From assembly GCA_016184305.1 (NCBI GenBank), contig JACPCX010000123.1, positions 1 to 40,263 of the forward strand: a stretch of 40,263 bases of DNA. The letters are read 5' to 3'. The translations under genes and the position numbers were made by a program. Below, piece by piece: positions 19,216-28,567 of this stretch. This DNA is from Candidatus Rokuibacteriota bacterium. GTDB lineage: Bacteria; Methylomirabilota; Methylomirabilia; Rokubacteriales; CSP1-6. The notes under the pieces are model-generated. The model made no database searches. It was not told where the DNA came from and worked only from the letters and a program-made list of their open reading frames with translations. Each line of letters begins with the position of its first letter. Position 1 is the stretch's first letter.

Positions 19216-19836
19216 CTAGCCCGGCTTCACGAGAAAGTGGGCGCGGCGATTCGAGCTCCAGCACGTCTCGTTCTTCTCGGAGCACCCCGGATGCTCCTCC
19301 CCATAGCTCACCGTGGTGATGCGGGTGGCCGGGACGCCCTGTCCGACGAGGAAGTTCATGGTCGCTCGCGCGCGCCGCTCGCCCAAGGCCAGGTTGTACT
19401 CGTTGGTTCCTCGCTCGTCGCAGTGGCCCTCGATGAGCACCAGGACCGCCGGATCTGCCTTGAGCCACCGGGCACTCGCCTCGAGGATGCGCGCGTCCCC
19501 GGGACGGATGTCGTATCGGTCGAAGTCGAAGTGGATGTCCTTGAGCTGCGACACGGCCGTGAACTCCGAGGGATGTGCGGGCTTCGCGCGGGCGCTCGCC
19601 GCGGGTGTGGCGGTCGGGCCGGCGGCCGGCCCTGCCCCGCCGGAGGCGCGCGCTTCCGCCCTGCCGGCCTGGGGCGTCCCGGCTGCGGGGGCCGGGCTCG
19701 CCGCGGCGGGCGCCCGGGGCGATACCGCCAGCTGGGCGGGCTGCTTCGCGCATCCCTGGGTCGTGAGGAGGACAGCAAAGGCTCCCAGCGCGACTAGCTC
19801 CAGTGCCAGCATGTGCGACCGCCGCTCACCCAACAT
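19216..19836 (-). CDS. pal: Peptidoglycan-associated lipoprotein (OmpA-like domain)
   Basis: Lipobox-like TQGC, Pro/Ala linker, IHFDFDRY, IEGHCDERGTNEYNLALGERRA, VSYGEE, NRRA; GAGGAGGAG RBS. Confidence 0.9.
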   Translation of the reverse strand: MLGERRSHMLALELVALGAFAVLLTTQGCAKQPAQLAVSPRAPAAASPAPAAGTPQAGRAEARASGGAGPAAGPTATPAASARAKPAHPSEFTAVSQLKDIHFDFDRYDIRPGDARILEASARWLKADPAVLVLIEGHCDERGTNEYNLALGERRARATMNFLVGQGVPATRITTVSYGEEHPGCSEKNETCWSSNRRAHFLVKPG

Positions 19837-19924
19837 GGCTCCTCCTCGTTCGCGTTCGGTTCGCGTTCGCGCGTCCTGTGACCGCCCTCCGTGGCCGGGC
19901 AGCATACATCCCGGCATGGAGCGT

Positions 19925-19940
19925 GGCAAACCGTGTGCCA
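19925..19940 (-). promoter_or_regulatory. Sigma-54 promoter of pal
   Basis: Minus strand TGGCAC-ACGGT-TTGCC. Confidence 0.7.
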
Positions 19941-20012
19941 CTGCATCGGGCGCTTTCGTCTTGATGAGTTACGCGGGGCCCGAGTCCGCGAGATCCCCGC
20001 CCGGCGTCAGGC

Positions 20013-20050
20013 GCTGCAAATCCTGCGGCCATCTGCCGAACAGTTCCGGA
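20013..20050. promoter_or_regulatory. Candidate shared enhancer between divergent sigma-54 promoters
   Basis: GCTGCAA-ATC-CTGCGGC (20013-20029) resembles the perfect palindrome at 21655-21671. A weaker AA-N3-TT site lies 21 bp downstream. Confidence 0.4.
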
Positions 20051-20114
20051 ACGCTTGCGGCCCCCCACCTCGTAACCGAATGATCACCCTGCGCTTTCCG
20101 CTGCTCGTCCAAGA

Positions 20115-20130
20115 TGGCACACCCCTTGCC
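20115..20130 (+). promoter_or_regulatory. Sigma-54 promoter of the 20157-21632 operon
   Basis: TGGCAC-ACCCC-TTGCC, followed by a GGAGG RBS. Confidence 0.75.
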
Positions 20131-20156
20131 GAACTGACGGATGGAGGTATGCCGTC

Positions 20157-20825
20157 ATGCTCTTGAGAGTCTTTGGCGCGCGGCCGGGGCGGGAGCGCGA
20201 ACTTCTCGACTGCCTGCGAGATCTTGCTGCCCGGATGATCCAGCAGCGCACCCTGGATGCCGTGCAGATCTGCCAGTACGCCGACAGGGTCGATCGCGTC
20301 GTCTGGATCGAGGATCGCCGCACCGCTCCGGGATCCGAACGCTTCCTCGAAGCGGAGGGGGCCGCAACCTGGGCAACGACCCTCGTGGACGGGCTTGTCT
20401 CGCAGGCGTTCGAGATCGTTGATGGCTATTACCATTACCCTCTACCGCGCTGTCGGGTGTGGAGCCTCGAGGTGGCGCCGGGAGCGGGCCGGGAACAGGA
20501 CACGCTCACGGGTTTCCTGGACCTGTCGCGTGCGGTATCGGCGGACCCCTCGGTGGCCGGGCTGTCGATCTACCGCAACCTGGGCGAGCCGTGCCGCTTC
20601 CTGGTCTTCGTGGCCCTGAAGGACGGCGTGGTCCCTTCCGGCCCTTTCGTCACAGCGGCTCCCCCGGACAGCTGGCGGCCCCTGCTGGTCGTCTGGACGA
20701 TGGGGCGCCTCTCGAGCGGCCGCGATCCTCGCGGGCCCGCCGCGTCGGGCCGCCATCCGAGGGCGACGTTCTGGGCGCGTACGATGCCGGTTGTCGCTGT
20801 GGGACCAGCAGAGGAGGGCGAATGA
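20157..20825 (+). CDS. Hypothetical protein with two ABM-like (dimeric alpha-beta barrel) repeats
   Basis: FGARPGRERELL and VAPGAGREQD...GLSIYRNLGEPCRFLVF resemble ABM strand and turn patterns. The fold is inferred. Confidence 0.6.
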   Translation: MLLRVFGARPGRERELLDCLRDLAARMIQQRTLDAVQICQYADRVDRVVWIEDRRTAPGSERFLEAEGAATWATTLVDGLVSQAFEIVDGYYHYPLPRCRVWSLEVAPGAGREQDTLTGFLDLSRAVSADPSVAGLSIYRNLGEPCRFLVFVALKDGVVPSGPFVTAAPPDSWRPLLVVWTMGRLSSGRDPRGPAASGRHPRATFWARTMPVVAVGPAEEGE

Positions 20826-21076
20826 TCATGACCGAACTGTCTCGCACCACCTCACCGGGCGGGGAGGCCCGCGACCAGATGATCTATGTCATCACGTGCG
20901 GGATGTGTGGACAGACTTGGCAGCGAGTGACCGCTCAGGATGGCCAGGTCATCGGCTGCATTTTTTGCGGATGCCACGGGCCCCTCCGTCTCGGCGTCGC
21001 GCCCTCGGACGGCGGTGCCCGTGGGCACGGGCGGAGAGAGGCGTGGCTTCACGCGGCCGGGGAGGTCGCGGAGTGA
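20822..21076 (+). CDS. Small zinc-ribbon-like protein
   Basis: ATGA overlap and GAGGAGG RBS; CGMC-x16-CIFC. Confidence 0.65.
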   Translation: MIMTELSRTTSPGGEARDQMIYVITCGMCGQTWQRVTAQDGQVIGCIFCGCHGPLRLGVAPSDGGARGHGRREAWLHAAGEVAE

Positions 21077-21140
21077 AACGTCCCACGAGTCCCGGTCCCG
21101 GCGAAGCGGCTGCAGCTCTCCAGGCTCAGGCGGATCGGTG

Positions 21141-21632
21141 ATGGGGTACTTCTTCGGGCGCCTGCCGATCTCGCTCGACCCGGTCGTGACCCGAAAAGAG
21201 TATCTCGACGCGAGTGACCGCGCGTTTGAGTCGCTCGCGCACGAAGCGGACCGTCGGGACACCGCGTACCGGCATGCTCTTGACTACCTCGCGGCGGGCC
21301 GCCCGGCACGGGCCGCCCGCGCCTTCTCATCGTTGCTCGGGCCGCGGCCACGCGATCCGGCCCTTCACCGCATGCTGGGGATCAGCCACTTCCGCGCAGG
21401 GAATGCTCGGCTCGCCGCGCGCCACCTCGAGACGGCTCTCATGTTGCTCACCCGCGCCGAGAGCCCGGGCATCCCCCTCGTTCGCACGCTCCGGATCGAG
21501 GTCGAGGCCTCCGTCGTGCGGCTGGCCCTCGTGGCTGCGTACGAACGGCTCGGTCATCGGGCGGGTGTGATTCGCTGCCTCTCCCAGAACCGGCCGCTGA
21601 CCTGGCCCATCCCCTCCCGCCGCGGCCTGTGA
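21141..21632 (+). CDS. TPR-like hypothetical protein
   Basis: ALDYLAAGRPARAARAFSSLL..PRDPALHRMLGISHFRAGNARLAARHLETAL shows TPR periodicity. Confidence 0.6.
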   Translation: MGYFFGRLPISLDPVVTRKEYLDASDRAFESLAHEADRRDTAYRHALDYLAAGRPARAARAFSSLLGPRPRDPALHRMLGISHFRAGNARLAARHLETALMLLTRAESPGIPLVRTLRIEVEASVVRLALVAAYERLGHRAGVIRCLSQNRPLTWPIPSRRGL

Positions 21633-21654
21633 GCCCACCATCGATTGCTGGACT

Positions 21655-21671
21655 GCTGCAAGAGTTGCAGC
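21655..21671. promoter_or_regulatory. Perfect palindrome (bEBP site or terminator stem) between convergent genes
   Basis: GCTGCAA-GAG-TTGCAGC. Confidence 0.45.
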
Positions 21672-21705
21672 GGCGGTGCCCGACTCGCTCGGACAGGAGG
21701 TTGGG

Positions 21706-23058
21706 CTACTCGATGTGATACTGGCGCAGCTTGTAGTGCAGGGCCCTTGCGCTGATCCCGAGGATCTTGGCGGCCCGCTCGCGGTGCGAGGTAACCTCCT
21801 GGAGCGTCTTCCTGATCACCTGCTCCTCCATCGCGTGGAGCGGGAGCCCGAGAGGGATCGTGATGCTTCGCTCCGGTGGCGACCCGGTCATGACGGTGGA
21901 CGGCAAGTGAACGGGGCGGATGACGCGGGCTCCAACGGTGACGACCAGCCGCTCCACGAGATTCCGGAGCTCCCGGACATTGCCCGGCCAGGCATGCTCG
22001 CGCAGCATCTGGAGGGCCGCAGCCGAGAGGGACTTCTCAGGGCGGCCGTACTGGGTACAGAACTCTCGAACAAATGCGGTGGCGAGCAGGGGGATGTCCT
22101 CCGGCCGCTCGCGAAGAGCGGGCAGAGTGATGGGCACCACGGCCAGCCGGTAATACAGGTCCTCGCGGAAGGTGCCACCCTTCGCGGCCTCCGCGAGGTC
22201 TGTGTTCGTGGCAGCGATGAAGCGGACGTCGACCGCGAGCGGCCGGTCCCCGCCCAGCCGGCGGACCTCCCGCTCCTGCAGCGCCCGGAGGAGATCGACC
22301 TGCGTCTTGGGGCTCATCTCGCTGACCTCGTCCAGGAACAGGGTCCCGCCGTTCGCCTGCTCGATCCGCCCGGCCTTGGCGCCGATGGCACCCGTGAAGG
22401 CGCCCCGCTCGTAGCCGAACAGTTCCGACTCGACCAGCGTCTCCGGCAACGCGCCGCAGTTCAGCGTCACGAACGGGCCCGCGTGCCGCGAGCTCCGACC
22501 GTGGATCGCCCGTGCCACAAGCTCCTTCCCGGTCCCCGACTCGCCCATGATGAGCACCGTGGCCAGGGTGGGCGCCACCTGCCGCACCGCCTCGTACACC
22601 TGCCGCATCCGAACGCTGCGTCCCACGATCAGGCCGAAGGCGGCCTTGATCGCGACCCGCTCTCGAAGCTGCTGCACCTCCTGCCTCAGCGCCCTGTGCT
22701 CCAGGGCCTTCGCCACGAGGTGCAGGAGCCGCTCCGGATCGACGGGCTTCGCGAGGTAGTCGTAGGCGCCCAGTTTCATCGCCTCGACGGCGCTCTCGAC
22801 GCTCCCGTAGGCCGTGAGGAGGATCACCTCCGCCTCCGGGAAGTGTCGCTTGGCGGCTTTCAGGACCTCCAGTCCCCCGGTCCCGACCATACGCAGGTCG
22901 GTGATCACCAGGTCGAACCGCCCGTCCTGGAGCCCGGCGAGCGCCTCCTCACCGCTGGCCGCCGCCACGACCTCGTGGCCCGCCTTCTCGAGGATCTTGG
23001 CGAGCGCCTCGCGGATGTTGCGCTCGTCGTCGACGACGAGGACGCGACCGGCCATCAC
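21706..23058 (-). CDS. Sigma-54-dependent response regulator (NtrC/AtoC family)
   Basis: VLVVDDE, DLRM, GESGTGKE, ESELFGYERGAFTGA, LFLDEV, WPGNVREL, HTH. Start is GTG 23058 or ATG 23055. Confidence 0.95.
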   Translation of the reverse strand: MMAGRVLVVDDERNIREALAKILEKAGHEVVAAASGEEALAGLQDGRFDLVITDLRMVGTGGLEVLKAAKRHFPEAEVILLTAYGSVESAVEAMKLGAYDYLAKPVDPERLLHLVAKALEHRALRQEVQQLRERVAIKAAFGLIVGRSVRMRQVYEAVRQVAPTLATVLIMGESGTGKELVARAIHGRSSRHAGPFVTLNCGALPETLVESELFGYERGAFTGAIGAKAGRIEQANGGTLFLDEVSEMSPKTQVDLLRALQEREVRRLGGDRPLAVDVRFIAATNTDLAEAAKGGTFREDLYYRLAVVPITLPALRERPEDIPLLATAFVREFCTQYGRPEKSLSAAALQMLREHAWPGNVRELRNLVERLVVTVGARVIRPVHLPSTVMTGSPPERSITIPLGLPLHAMEEQVIRKTLQEVTSHRERAAKILGISARALHYKLRQYHIE

Positions 23059-24428
23059 CTCGTCTCGCGCCGTCTCCCGGACCCGCCGGATGGGAGCCGG
23101 ATGATCATCGTGGTCCCGCTCCCGAGATGGCTCTCGACGTCGATGCTGCCGTCGTGCCCCTGGACGATCCGGTGAGCGATCGGCAAACCGAGACCGACCC
23201 CGGTGGGCCGCGTCGTGAAGTACGGGTCGAACACGTGAGGAAGGACGTCCTCGGCGATCCCGGGTCCTGTGTCCCTCACGGTCACCTCGGCCCAGTCGCC
23301 GTCCCTTCGCGTCGCCACCCCGAGAGAGCCCCCGGTCGGCATGGCCTGGAGCGCGTTGATCATCACGTTGAGGAAGACCTGGGAGAGCTGTCCCTCGTCG
23401 CCGGGGATCGTCGTGAGATCGGGATCAAGGCGGGTCTCGATGGCGATGCCGTGGCCCGCAGCCTCGAAGGCGACCAGGCCGAGGACGCGCTCGACGAGGG
23501 CAGCGATGTCGACCGGCTTGATCTCGGGCACCGAGGGCTTCGAGAAGCGGAGGAAGTTCTCCACAATTCGATCGAGGCGCTGCAGCTCGGATCGGAGCAC
23601 GTCGAGGTATCCGCCGACCGCGTTCCCGGAGGGCGGCCCGGGCGCGAGCTCGGCCTGGAGCAGATGGAGGTTGAGGCCCAAGGCATGGAGCGGGTTCTTC
23701 ACCTCGTGGGCCACTCCGGCTGCGAGCGTGCCCAGCGCGGCCAGCGTGTCGGATCGCCGAAGCTGCGCCTCGAGCCGGCTCACCTCCGTGATGTCGCGGA
23801 GCAGCACGACCAGGCCGTCCGTCTGGCCGGACTCGTCCCGCAGATCCGACGCCGAGGCGCGCACGGTTACCCGCCGGCTTCCCTCCGCCGCCAGCGCGAA
23901 GTCCCGTTCCTGAAGGAGGCGATCTCCTGAGAGGGCGCCGAGGACCCACGCGGTGAGGTCAGGGGCGCTCTGCAGCGCTTCGCCCACGGGCCGCCCCCTG
24001 ATCGCTGACGCTCGGAGACCCAGAAGGCGCTCGCCCGGGCCGTTCAGCGAGGTGACGGCGCCGCGCGCGTCGAGGGTCAGGACGCCCGTCGGGATGCTCT
24101 CCAGGATGTTCCGCATCAGGCTCTTGACGCGCTCGAACGTCTCGGTGACGGCCCGGTAGTTCTGGTACGCGCCGAACAGGACGATGCCGATGGCCGCGAG
24201 CACGAGGAGCGCCGCGAAGGCCGCGACCAGTTCCGGCCAGCCCAGCCCCCGGACGAGGCTGGAGGGACCCGGGGTGGGAGCAGGAAGTCCCGAGGTCAGG
24301 AGCCGGTGCCGCTCGTACTGGATCCCGACGGCGAGCCCGGCAGCGAGAAGGAGGGCGACCAGGGCAAACGCGGAGAGCGACACCCAGATGGGGACATATC
24401 CGAGGCGCGGCTGGCCAGGGCGAAACAT
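23055..24428 (-). CDS. PAS-domain membrane sensor histidine kinase
   Basis: Two TM helices, ILESIPTGVLTLD (PAS), AHEVKNPL, QVFLNVMINALQA, DTGPGI, GVGLGL. Confidence 0.92.
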   Translation of the reverse strand: MFRPGQPRLGYVPIWVSLSAFALVALLLAAGLAVGIQYERHRLLTSGLPAPTPGPSSLVRGLGWPELVAAFAALLVLAAIGIVLFGAYQNYRAVTETFERVKSLMRNILESIPTGVLTLDARGAVTSLNGPGERLLGLRASAIRGRPVGEALQSAPDLTAWVLGALSGDRLLQERDFALAAEGSRRVTVRASASDLRDESGQTDGLVVLLRDITEVSRLEAQLRRSDTLAALGTLAAGVAHEVKNPLHALGLNLHLLQAELAPGPPSGNAVGGYLDVLRSELQRLDRIVENFLRFSKPSVPEIKPVDIAALVERVLGLVAFEAAGHGIAIETRLDPDLTTIPGDEGQLSQVFLNVMINALQAMPTGGSLGVATRRDGDWAEVTVRDTGPGIAEDVLPHVFDPYFTTRPTGVGLGLPIAHRIVQGHDGSIDVESHLGSGTTMIIRLPSGGSGRRRETR

Positions 24429-24678
24429 TCAGCCCGCGAGGACGGACCGTTCACTCGCGGCCCGCTCACGCCACGTCATCGTCCCGATCGTCGCGAGAGC
24501 GCAGCAGCTGGCTTCTTCCCATCCCGTCTGGTCATCTGGAGGGGCACTCGGGGTCACTGTAACACCCGCCTCTGCGTCGGGGAAGCGGGTCACCAACGCG
24601 ATGCTCACGCTGTTGACCGGCTTCCCGCCGCCATGCTAGAAACGGGTGACCCGTCCCCCGACACCCAGGAGGCCTCCC

Positions 24679-25896
24679 ATGGATCTGAACTACACGCCCG
24701 AGGACGTCGCCTTCCGCAAGTCGGTACGCGCCTGGCTCGAGCAGAACCTGCCGCGCAACCCGATCCGGACGCTCGAGGAGCGCCGGGTCTGGCACCGCAA
24801 GCTCTCCGAGGCGGGTTACCTCGGCATGGGCTGGCCCAAGGCCTATGGCGGCGGGGATGCGAGGCCCATGGAGCAGGCCATCGTGGCCGACGAGCTGGCG
24901 CGAGCCAGCGCGCCGGCGCCCACCAACGGCCTCGGCCTCGGCATCGTGGGCCCCACGATCGTGGTCCACGGCACGGACGCCCAGAAGACGCGTTACCTCA
25001 AGAAGATCCTCACGGCCGAGGAGCTGTGGTGCCAGCTCTACTCCGAGCCCAACGCGGGCAGCGACCTGGCCGCCCTCCGCACCAGCGCCGAGGACAAGGG
25101 GGACCACTTCATCGTCAACGGGCAGAAGACCTGGACCAGCGCCGGCTCCATCGCCGACTGGGGGCTGCTGCTGGCTCGCACCGACCCCGCCGTGGCCAAG
25201 CACAAGGGCATCACCTGCTTCCTCATCAACATGCGCCAGCCCGGCATCGAGGTGCGGCCGCTCAAGCAGATCACGGGCTCCTCGGAGTTCTCCGAGGTGT
25301 TCATGACCAGCGCCCGGGTCGAGAAGACCGACCAGATCGGCCGCCTCGGCGAGGGGTGGGCCATCGCCCAGACGACGCTCGGCTACGAGCGCGGCGGCCG
25401 GGCCCTGGCGCGGATCACGAGCTACGCCTCCCAGTACGGCCGGCTCGTGGAGGTGGCGCGTCGGCTCAAGCGGCACGGGCGCCCGCTCATCGACGACCCC
25501 GTCATCCGCCAGAAGCTCGGGCGCATCTGGGCCGAGCTCGAGGTGGAGCGGTACGGCGCCCTCCGGATGCTGACCCTGCTCGAGCGCGGCGAGCACCCCG
25601 GCGCCGGCGGCTCCCTGACCAAGCTTTCTTACTCCGAGTTCGAGAAGCGCTTCATCGAGCTGGCCATGGAGATCCTCGGCCCCTACGGCCAGCTCACGGA
25701 AGGGGCGCCCGAGGAGCTCAGGCTCGAGATCGACACCGCCGTCGGCGAGCAGGGCACCTGGGCCTACGCCTTCCTCTGGTCGCGCGCCGGCACCATCTAC
25801 GCCGGCTCGTCCGAGATCCAGAAGAACGTCATCGGCGAGCGCATCCTCGGGCTGCCCAAGGAGGCCCGCGCCGACCGCGTGGGAAGCGCGCGATGA
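24679..25896 (+). CDS. Acyl-CoA dehydrogenase (catalytic-type subunit)
   Basis: WCQLYSEPNAGSDLA, NGQKTWTS, TTLGYERG, TIYAGSSEIQKNVIGERILGLP; AGGAGG RBS before ATG 24679. Confidence 0.94.
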   Translation: MDLNYTPEDVAFRKSVRAWLEQNLPRNPIRTLEERRVWHRKLSEAGYLGMGWPKAYGGGDARPMEQAIVADELARASAPAPTNGLGLGIVGPTIVVHGTDAQKTRYLKKILTAEELWCQLYSEPNAGSDLAALRTSAEDKGDHFIVNGQKTWTSAGSIADWGLLLARTDPAVAKHKGITCFLINMRQPGIEVRPLKQITGSSEFSEVFMTSARVEKTDQIGRLGEGWAIAQTTLGYERGGRALARITSYASQYGRLVEVARRLKRHGRPLIDDPVIRQKLGRIWAELEVERYGALRMLTLLERGEHPGAGGSLTKLSYSEFEKRFIELAMEILGPYGQLTEGAPEELRLEIDTAVGEQGTWAYAFLWSRAGTIYAGSSEIQKNVIGERILGLPKEARADRVGSAR

Positions 25897-27020
25897 ACTT
25901 CTCCTTCAGCGAAGACCAGGTTCTGCTCCGCAACTCGGTGCGCTCCTTCCTCGACGAGCACTGCAGGCCGGCGCATCCGCGGGCCATGATGGACGATGCC
26001 CGCGGATACGACCCCGCCCTCTGGAACGAGATGGCCAAGCTCGGCTGGCTCGGCCTGCCCTTCCCCGAGCAGCACGGCGGCGCCGGCCTCGGGCTGGTGG
26101 AGCTCTGCATCGCCATCGAGGATCTGGGGCGCGCCGCCTACCCGGGCCCCTATCTCTCCACCGTGGTCCTCGGGGGCCTGGGGCTCCTGCTGGGGGGCTC
26201 GGCGGCTCAGAAGGACAGGTGGCTCCCCGCCATCGCCTCCGGAGAGAAGCGGGCCAGCGCCGCCCTCATGGAGGACGCGCTGGACTGGGACCCCGCCTCC
26301 ACTGCCGCCACCGCCGTCACGGCCGGTGGTGGCTGGACGATCTCGGGCGTGAAGCGCTTCGTGCCATGGGCGCACGTGGCGGACATCGTCCTGGTTCCCG
26401 CCCGCAGCCCCGAGGGGCTCTCGCTCTTCCTCGTGGACCCGAAGCAGGCGGGTGTCGCGCTGAGGCGGATGGTCGGCATCGACCTCTGCAGCCGCTGGTC
26501 GGAGATGCGGCTCGAGGGCGTGCGCGTGGGCGCGGATGCCGTCGTCGGCCAGCCGGGGACGGCGGGGCCCGTGCTCGAGTCCCTGCTGCGGCGGGCGGCC
26601 GTCTGCGCGTCGGCCGAGATGCTGGGGGCGGCGCGCCGCTGCCTCGACATGAGCGTGGAGTACGCCAAGGTGCGCGAGCAGTTCGGCCAGCCCATCGGCT
26701 CCTTCCAGGCCATCCGGCACCGCTGCGCGGAGATGCTGCTCGACGTCGAGAACTGCCACTCGGCGGTCTACTACGCCGCCTGGGCGCTCGAGGCGGGCGC
26801 CGAGGACGCTGCCGTCGCGGCCTCCATCTGCAAGTCCTACGTGAGCGAGTCGGCGCGGCGGGTGTGCGGCGACTCGATCCAGGTCCACGGCGGCATCGGC
26901 TTCACCTGGGAGTACGATCTCCACCTCTACATGAAGCGCGCCAAGGCGCTGGAGCCCCTCTTCGGCGACGCCGAATTCCACCGGGAGCTCATCACACGCC
27001 ACGTCGCCGGAGCCAGATGA
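25893..27020 (+). CDS. Acyl-CoA dehydrogenase family protein (partner subunit)
   Basis: MNFSFSEDQ, YAKVREQFGQPIGSFQAIRH, IQVHGGIGFTWEYD; ATGA overlap. Confidence 0.93.
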   Translation: MNFSFSEDQVLLRNSVRSFLDEHCRPAHPRAMMDDARGYDPALWNEMAKLGWLGLPFPEQHGGAGLGLVELCIAIEDLGRAAYPGPYLSTVVLGGLGLLLGGSAAQKDRWLPAIASGEKRASAALMEDALDWDPASTAATAVTAGGGWTISGVKRFVPWAHVADIVLVPARSPEGLSLFLVDPKQAGVALRRMVGIDLCSRWSEMRLEGVRVGADAVVGQPGTAGPVLESLLRRAAVCASAEMLGAARRCLDMSVEYAKVREQFGQPIGSFQAIRHRCAEMLLDVENCHSAVYYAAWALEAGAEDAAVAASICKSYVSESARRVCGDSIQVHGGIGFTWEYDLHLYMKRAKALEPLFGDAEFHRELITRHVAGAR

Positions 27021-28219
27021 AGGGAGCGCAGCGCAAGAAGGCCGCTCCCCGGCGTGCCGGCGGGCCGCTCACCGGCGTACGGGTCATCGACCTCACGTCC
27101 TACATCGCGGGCTCCTACGCGGCCATGATGCTGGCCGACCTCGGGGCCGACGTCATCAAGGTCGAGGCGCTCGAGGGCGACTCCTTCCGCGAGCTGCCCG
27201 GCTTCTTCGGCTGGAACCGCGGCAAGCGCTCCATCGCCGTCAACCTGAAGGAGCCGGAAGGCCGCACCATCGTCCACCGCCTCGCCCGCACGGCCGACGT
27301 GGCCATGGAGAACATGCGCCCGGGCGTGGCCGAGCGCCTTGGCGTGGGCTACACGGACCTGCGCCGGCGGAACCCGCGGATCATCTACTCCTCGGTCACC
27401 GCCTTCGGATCGGACGGCCCGTATCGCGACCGCCCGGGCTTCGATCCCCTCGCCCAGGCCATGGGCGGAGTCATGACGCTCCAGGGCTTCGGCGGTCCGC
27501 CCCAGTACCTGCGCATCGCCACCACGGACTACTACACGGCCGCCCTCGCCGGCCAGGCGATCCTGGCCGCGCTCTTCGCCCGCGAGCGCACCGGCCGCGG
27601 CCAGCGTGTGGAGACCTCGCTGCTCCAGGGCGTGCTGGCGCTGCAGTCGGGAAACGCCATCGACTACGCGGGCAAGCAGCACGTGTTCCGGGACAACCCG
27701 ACGTACCGCCTGTACCGCGCGGGCGACGGCGAGTGGTTCTTCCTCGCCTGCGGCAACCAGTCGTTCTGGGGAAAGCTCTGCCGGGTCATCGGCCGGACCG
27801 ACCTCGTCGACGACCCGCGCTTCGGCTCCTGGCTCCTGCGCCTGGACAACCGCGAGGCGCTGATGCCGCTGCTGGAGGCGACCTTCGCCTCCAGGCCGCG
27901 CGCGGAGTGGCTCAAGATCCTCGCCGACCACGACATCCCGGCGGCGGGCACCCAGACGCTGCTCGAGTTCATGGACGATCCCGCCGTCCAGCATCTCGGG
28001 ATGATCGTCAGCTACGACCACCCGGAGGTCGGCCGGCTGCGCATGATGGGCCAACCGCTCCGGTTTTCCGAGAGCCAGGCCCCCGATGCCGGGCCGCCCC
28101 CGGTGCTCGGCCAGCACACCGACCAGGTGCTGCGAGAGATCGGCTTCCGCGACCGCGCCATCGAGCGCCTCCGCCGCCGCGGCATCGTGCGCGGCGGCAC
28201 CGCGGGGAGGGCCGGATGA
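27017..28219 (+). CDS. Family III CoA-transferase (CaiB/BaiF)
   Basis: PLTGVRVIDL, LADLGADVIKVE, NRGKRSI, ENMRPG, GFDPLAQA, PPVLGQHTD. Confidence 0.93.
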   Translation: MKGAQRKKAAPRRAGGPLTGVRVIDLTSYIAGSYAAMMLADLGADVIKVEALEGDSFRELPGFFGWNRGKRSIAVNLKEPEGRTIVHRLARTADVAMENMRPGVAERLGVGYTDLRRRNPRIIYSSVTAFGSDGPYRDRPGFDPLAQAMGGVMTLQGFGGPPQYLRIATTDYYTAALAGQAILAALFARERTGRGQRVETSLLQGVLALQSGNAIDYAGKQHVFRDNPTYRLYRAGDGEWFFLACGNQSFWGKLCRVIGRTDLVDDPRFGSWLLRLDNREALMPLLEATFASRPRAEWLKILADHDIPAAGTQTLLEFMDDPAVQHLGMIVSYDHPEVGRLRMMGQPLRFSESQAPDAGPPPVLGQHTDQVLREIGFRDRAIERLRRRGIVRGGTAGRAG

Positions 28220-28292
28220 CCCAGGCGAGGCTGACGCGCCGCCCGCCCCGCTGACCTGGCCGCCTGCCCGGGCCCCCCGCCGAGTCCAGACA

Positions 28293-28321
28293 TTGCCCGG
28301 ATCGGCTCATCGTTGTACACT
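28293..28321 (+). promoter_or_regulatory. Putative sigma-70 promoter of the toxin-antitoxin operon
   Basis: TTGCCC, 17-nt spacer, TACACT. Confidence 0.5.
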
Positions 28322-28360
28322 CGTCATACGTTCCTAGCATCGATAGTGAAGGAGGGCGTC

Positions 28361-28567
28361 ATGGACACGGTGACGATCTCGCCGAAATTCCAGGTCGTGA
28401 TCCCCCGGGGCATCCGGAAGTCCCTGGGGCTCGTGCCCGGCCAGAAGGTGCACGCGCTCGTCTACGAGGACCGCATCGAGTTGATCCCGCTCCGGCCCAT
28501 CCGGAAGATGAGGGGATTCCTCCGGGGGATCGACACCACCGTGCCGCGCGAGAGAGACCGGGTGTGA
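28361..28567 (+). CDS. AbrB/MazE/SpoVT-family antitoxin
   Basis: VTISPKFQVVIPRGIRKSLGLVPGQKV; AAGGAGG RBS before ATG 28361. Confidence 0.9.
   Translation: MDTVTISPKFQVVIPRGIRKSLGLVPGQKVHALVYEDRIELIPLRPIRKMRGFLRGIDTTVPRERDRV

Noticed and set aside
19924..19939. Additional plus-strand sigma-54 site TGGCAAACCGTGTGC overlapping the pal promoter
   Set aside because: A weaker match arising from the near-symmetry of the site. The plus-strand operon has a better promoter at 20115.
21073..21141. 22-codon ORF VKRPTSPGPGEAAAALQAQADR coupled between the Zn-ribbon and TPR genes
   Set aside because: Too short and featureless to support. It could be a coupling peptide or a frameshifted N-terminus of the TPR gene.
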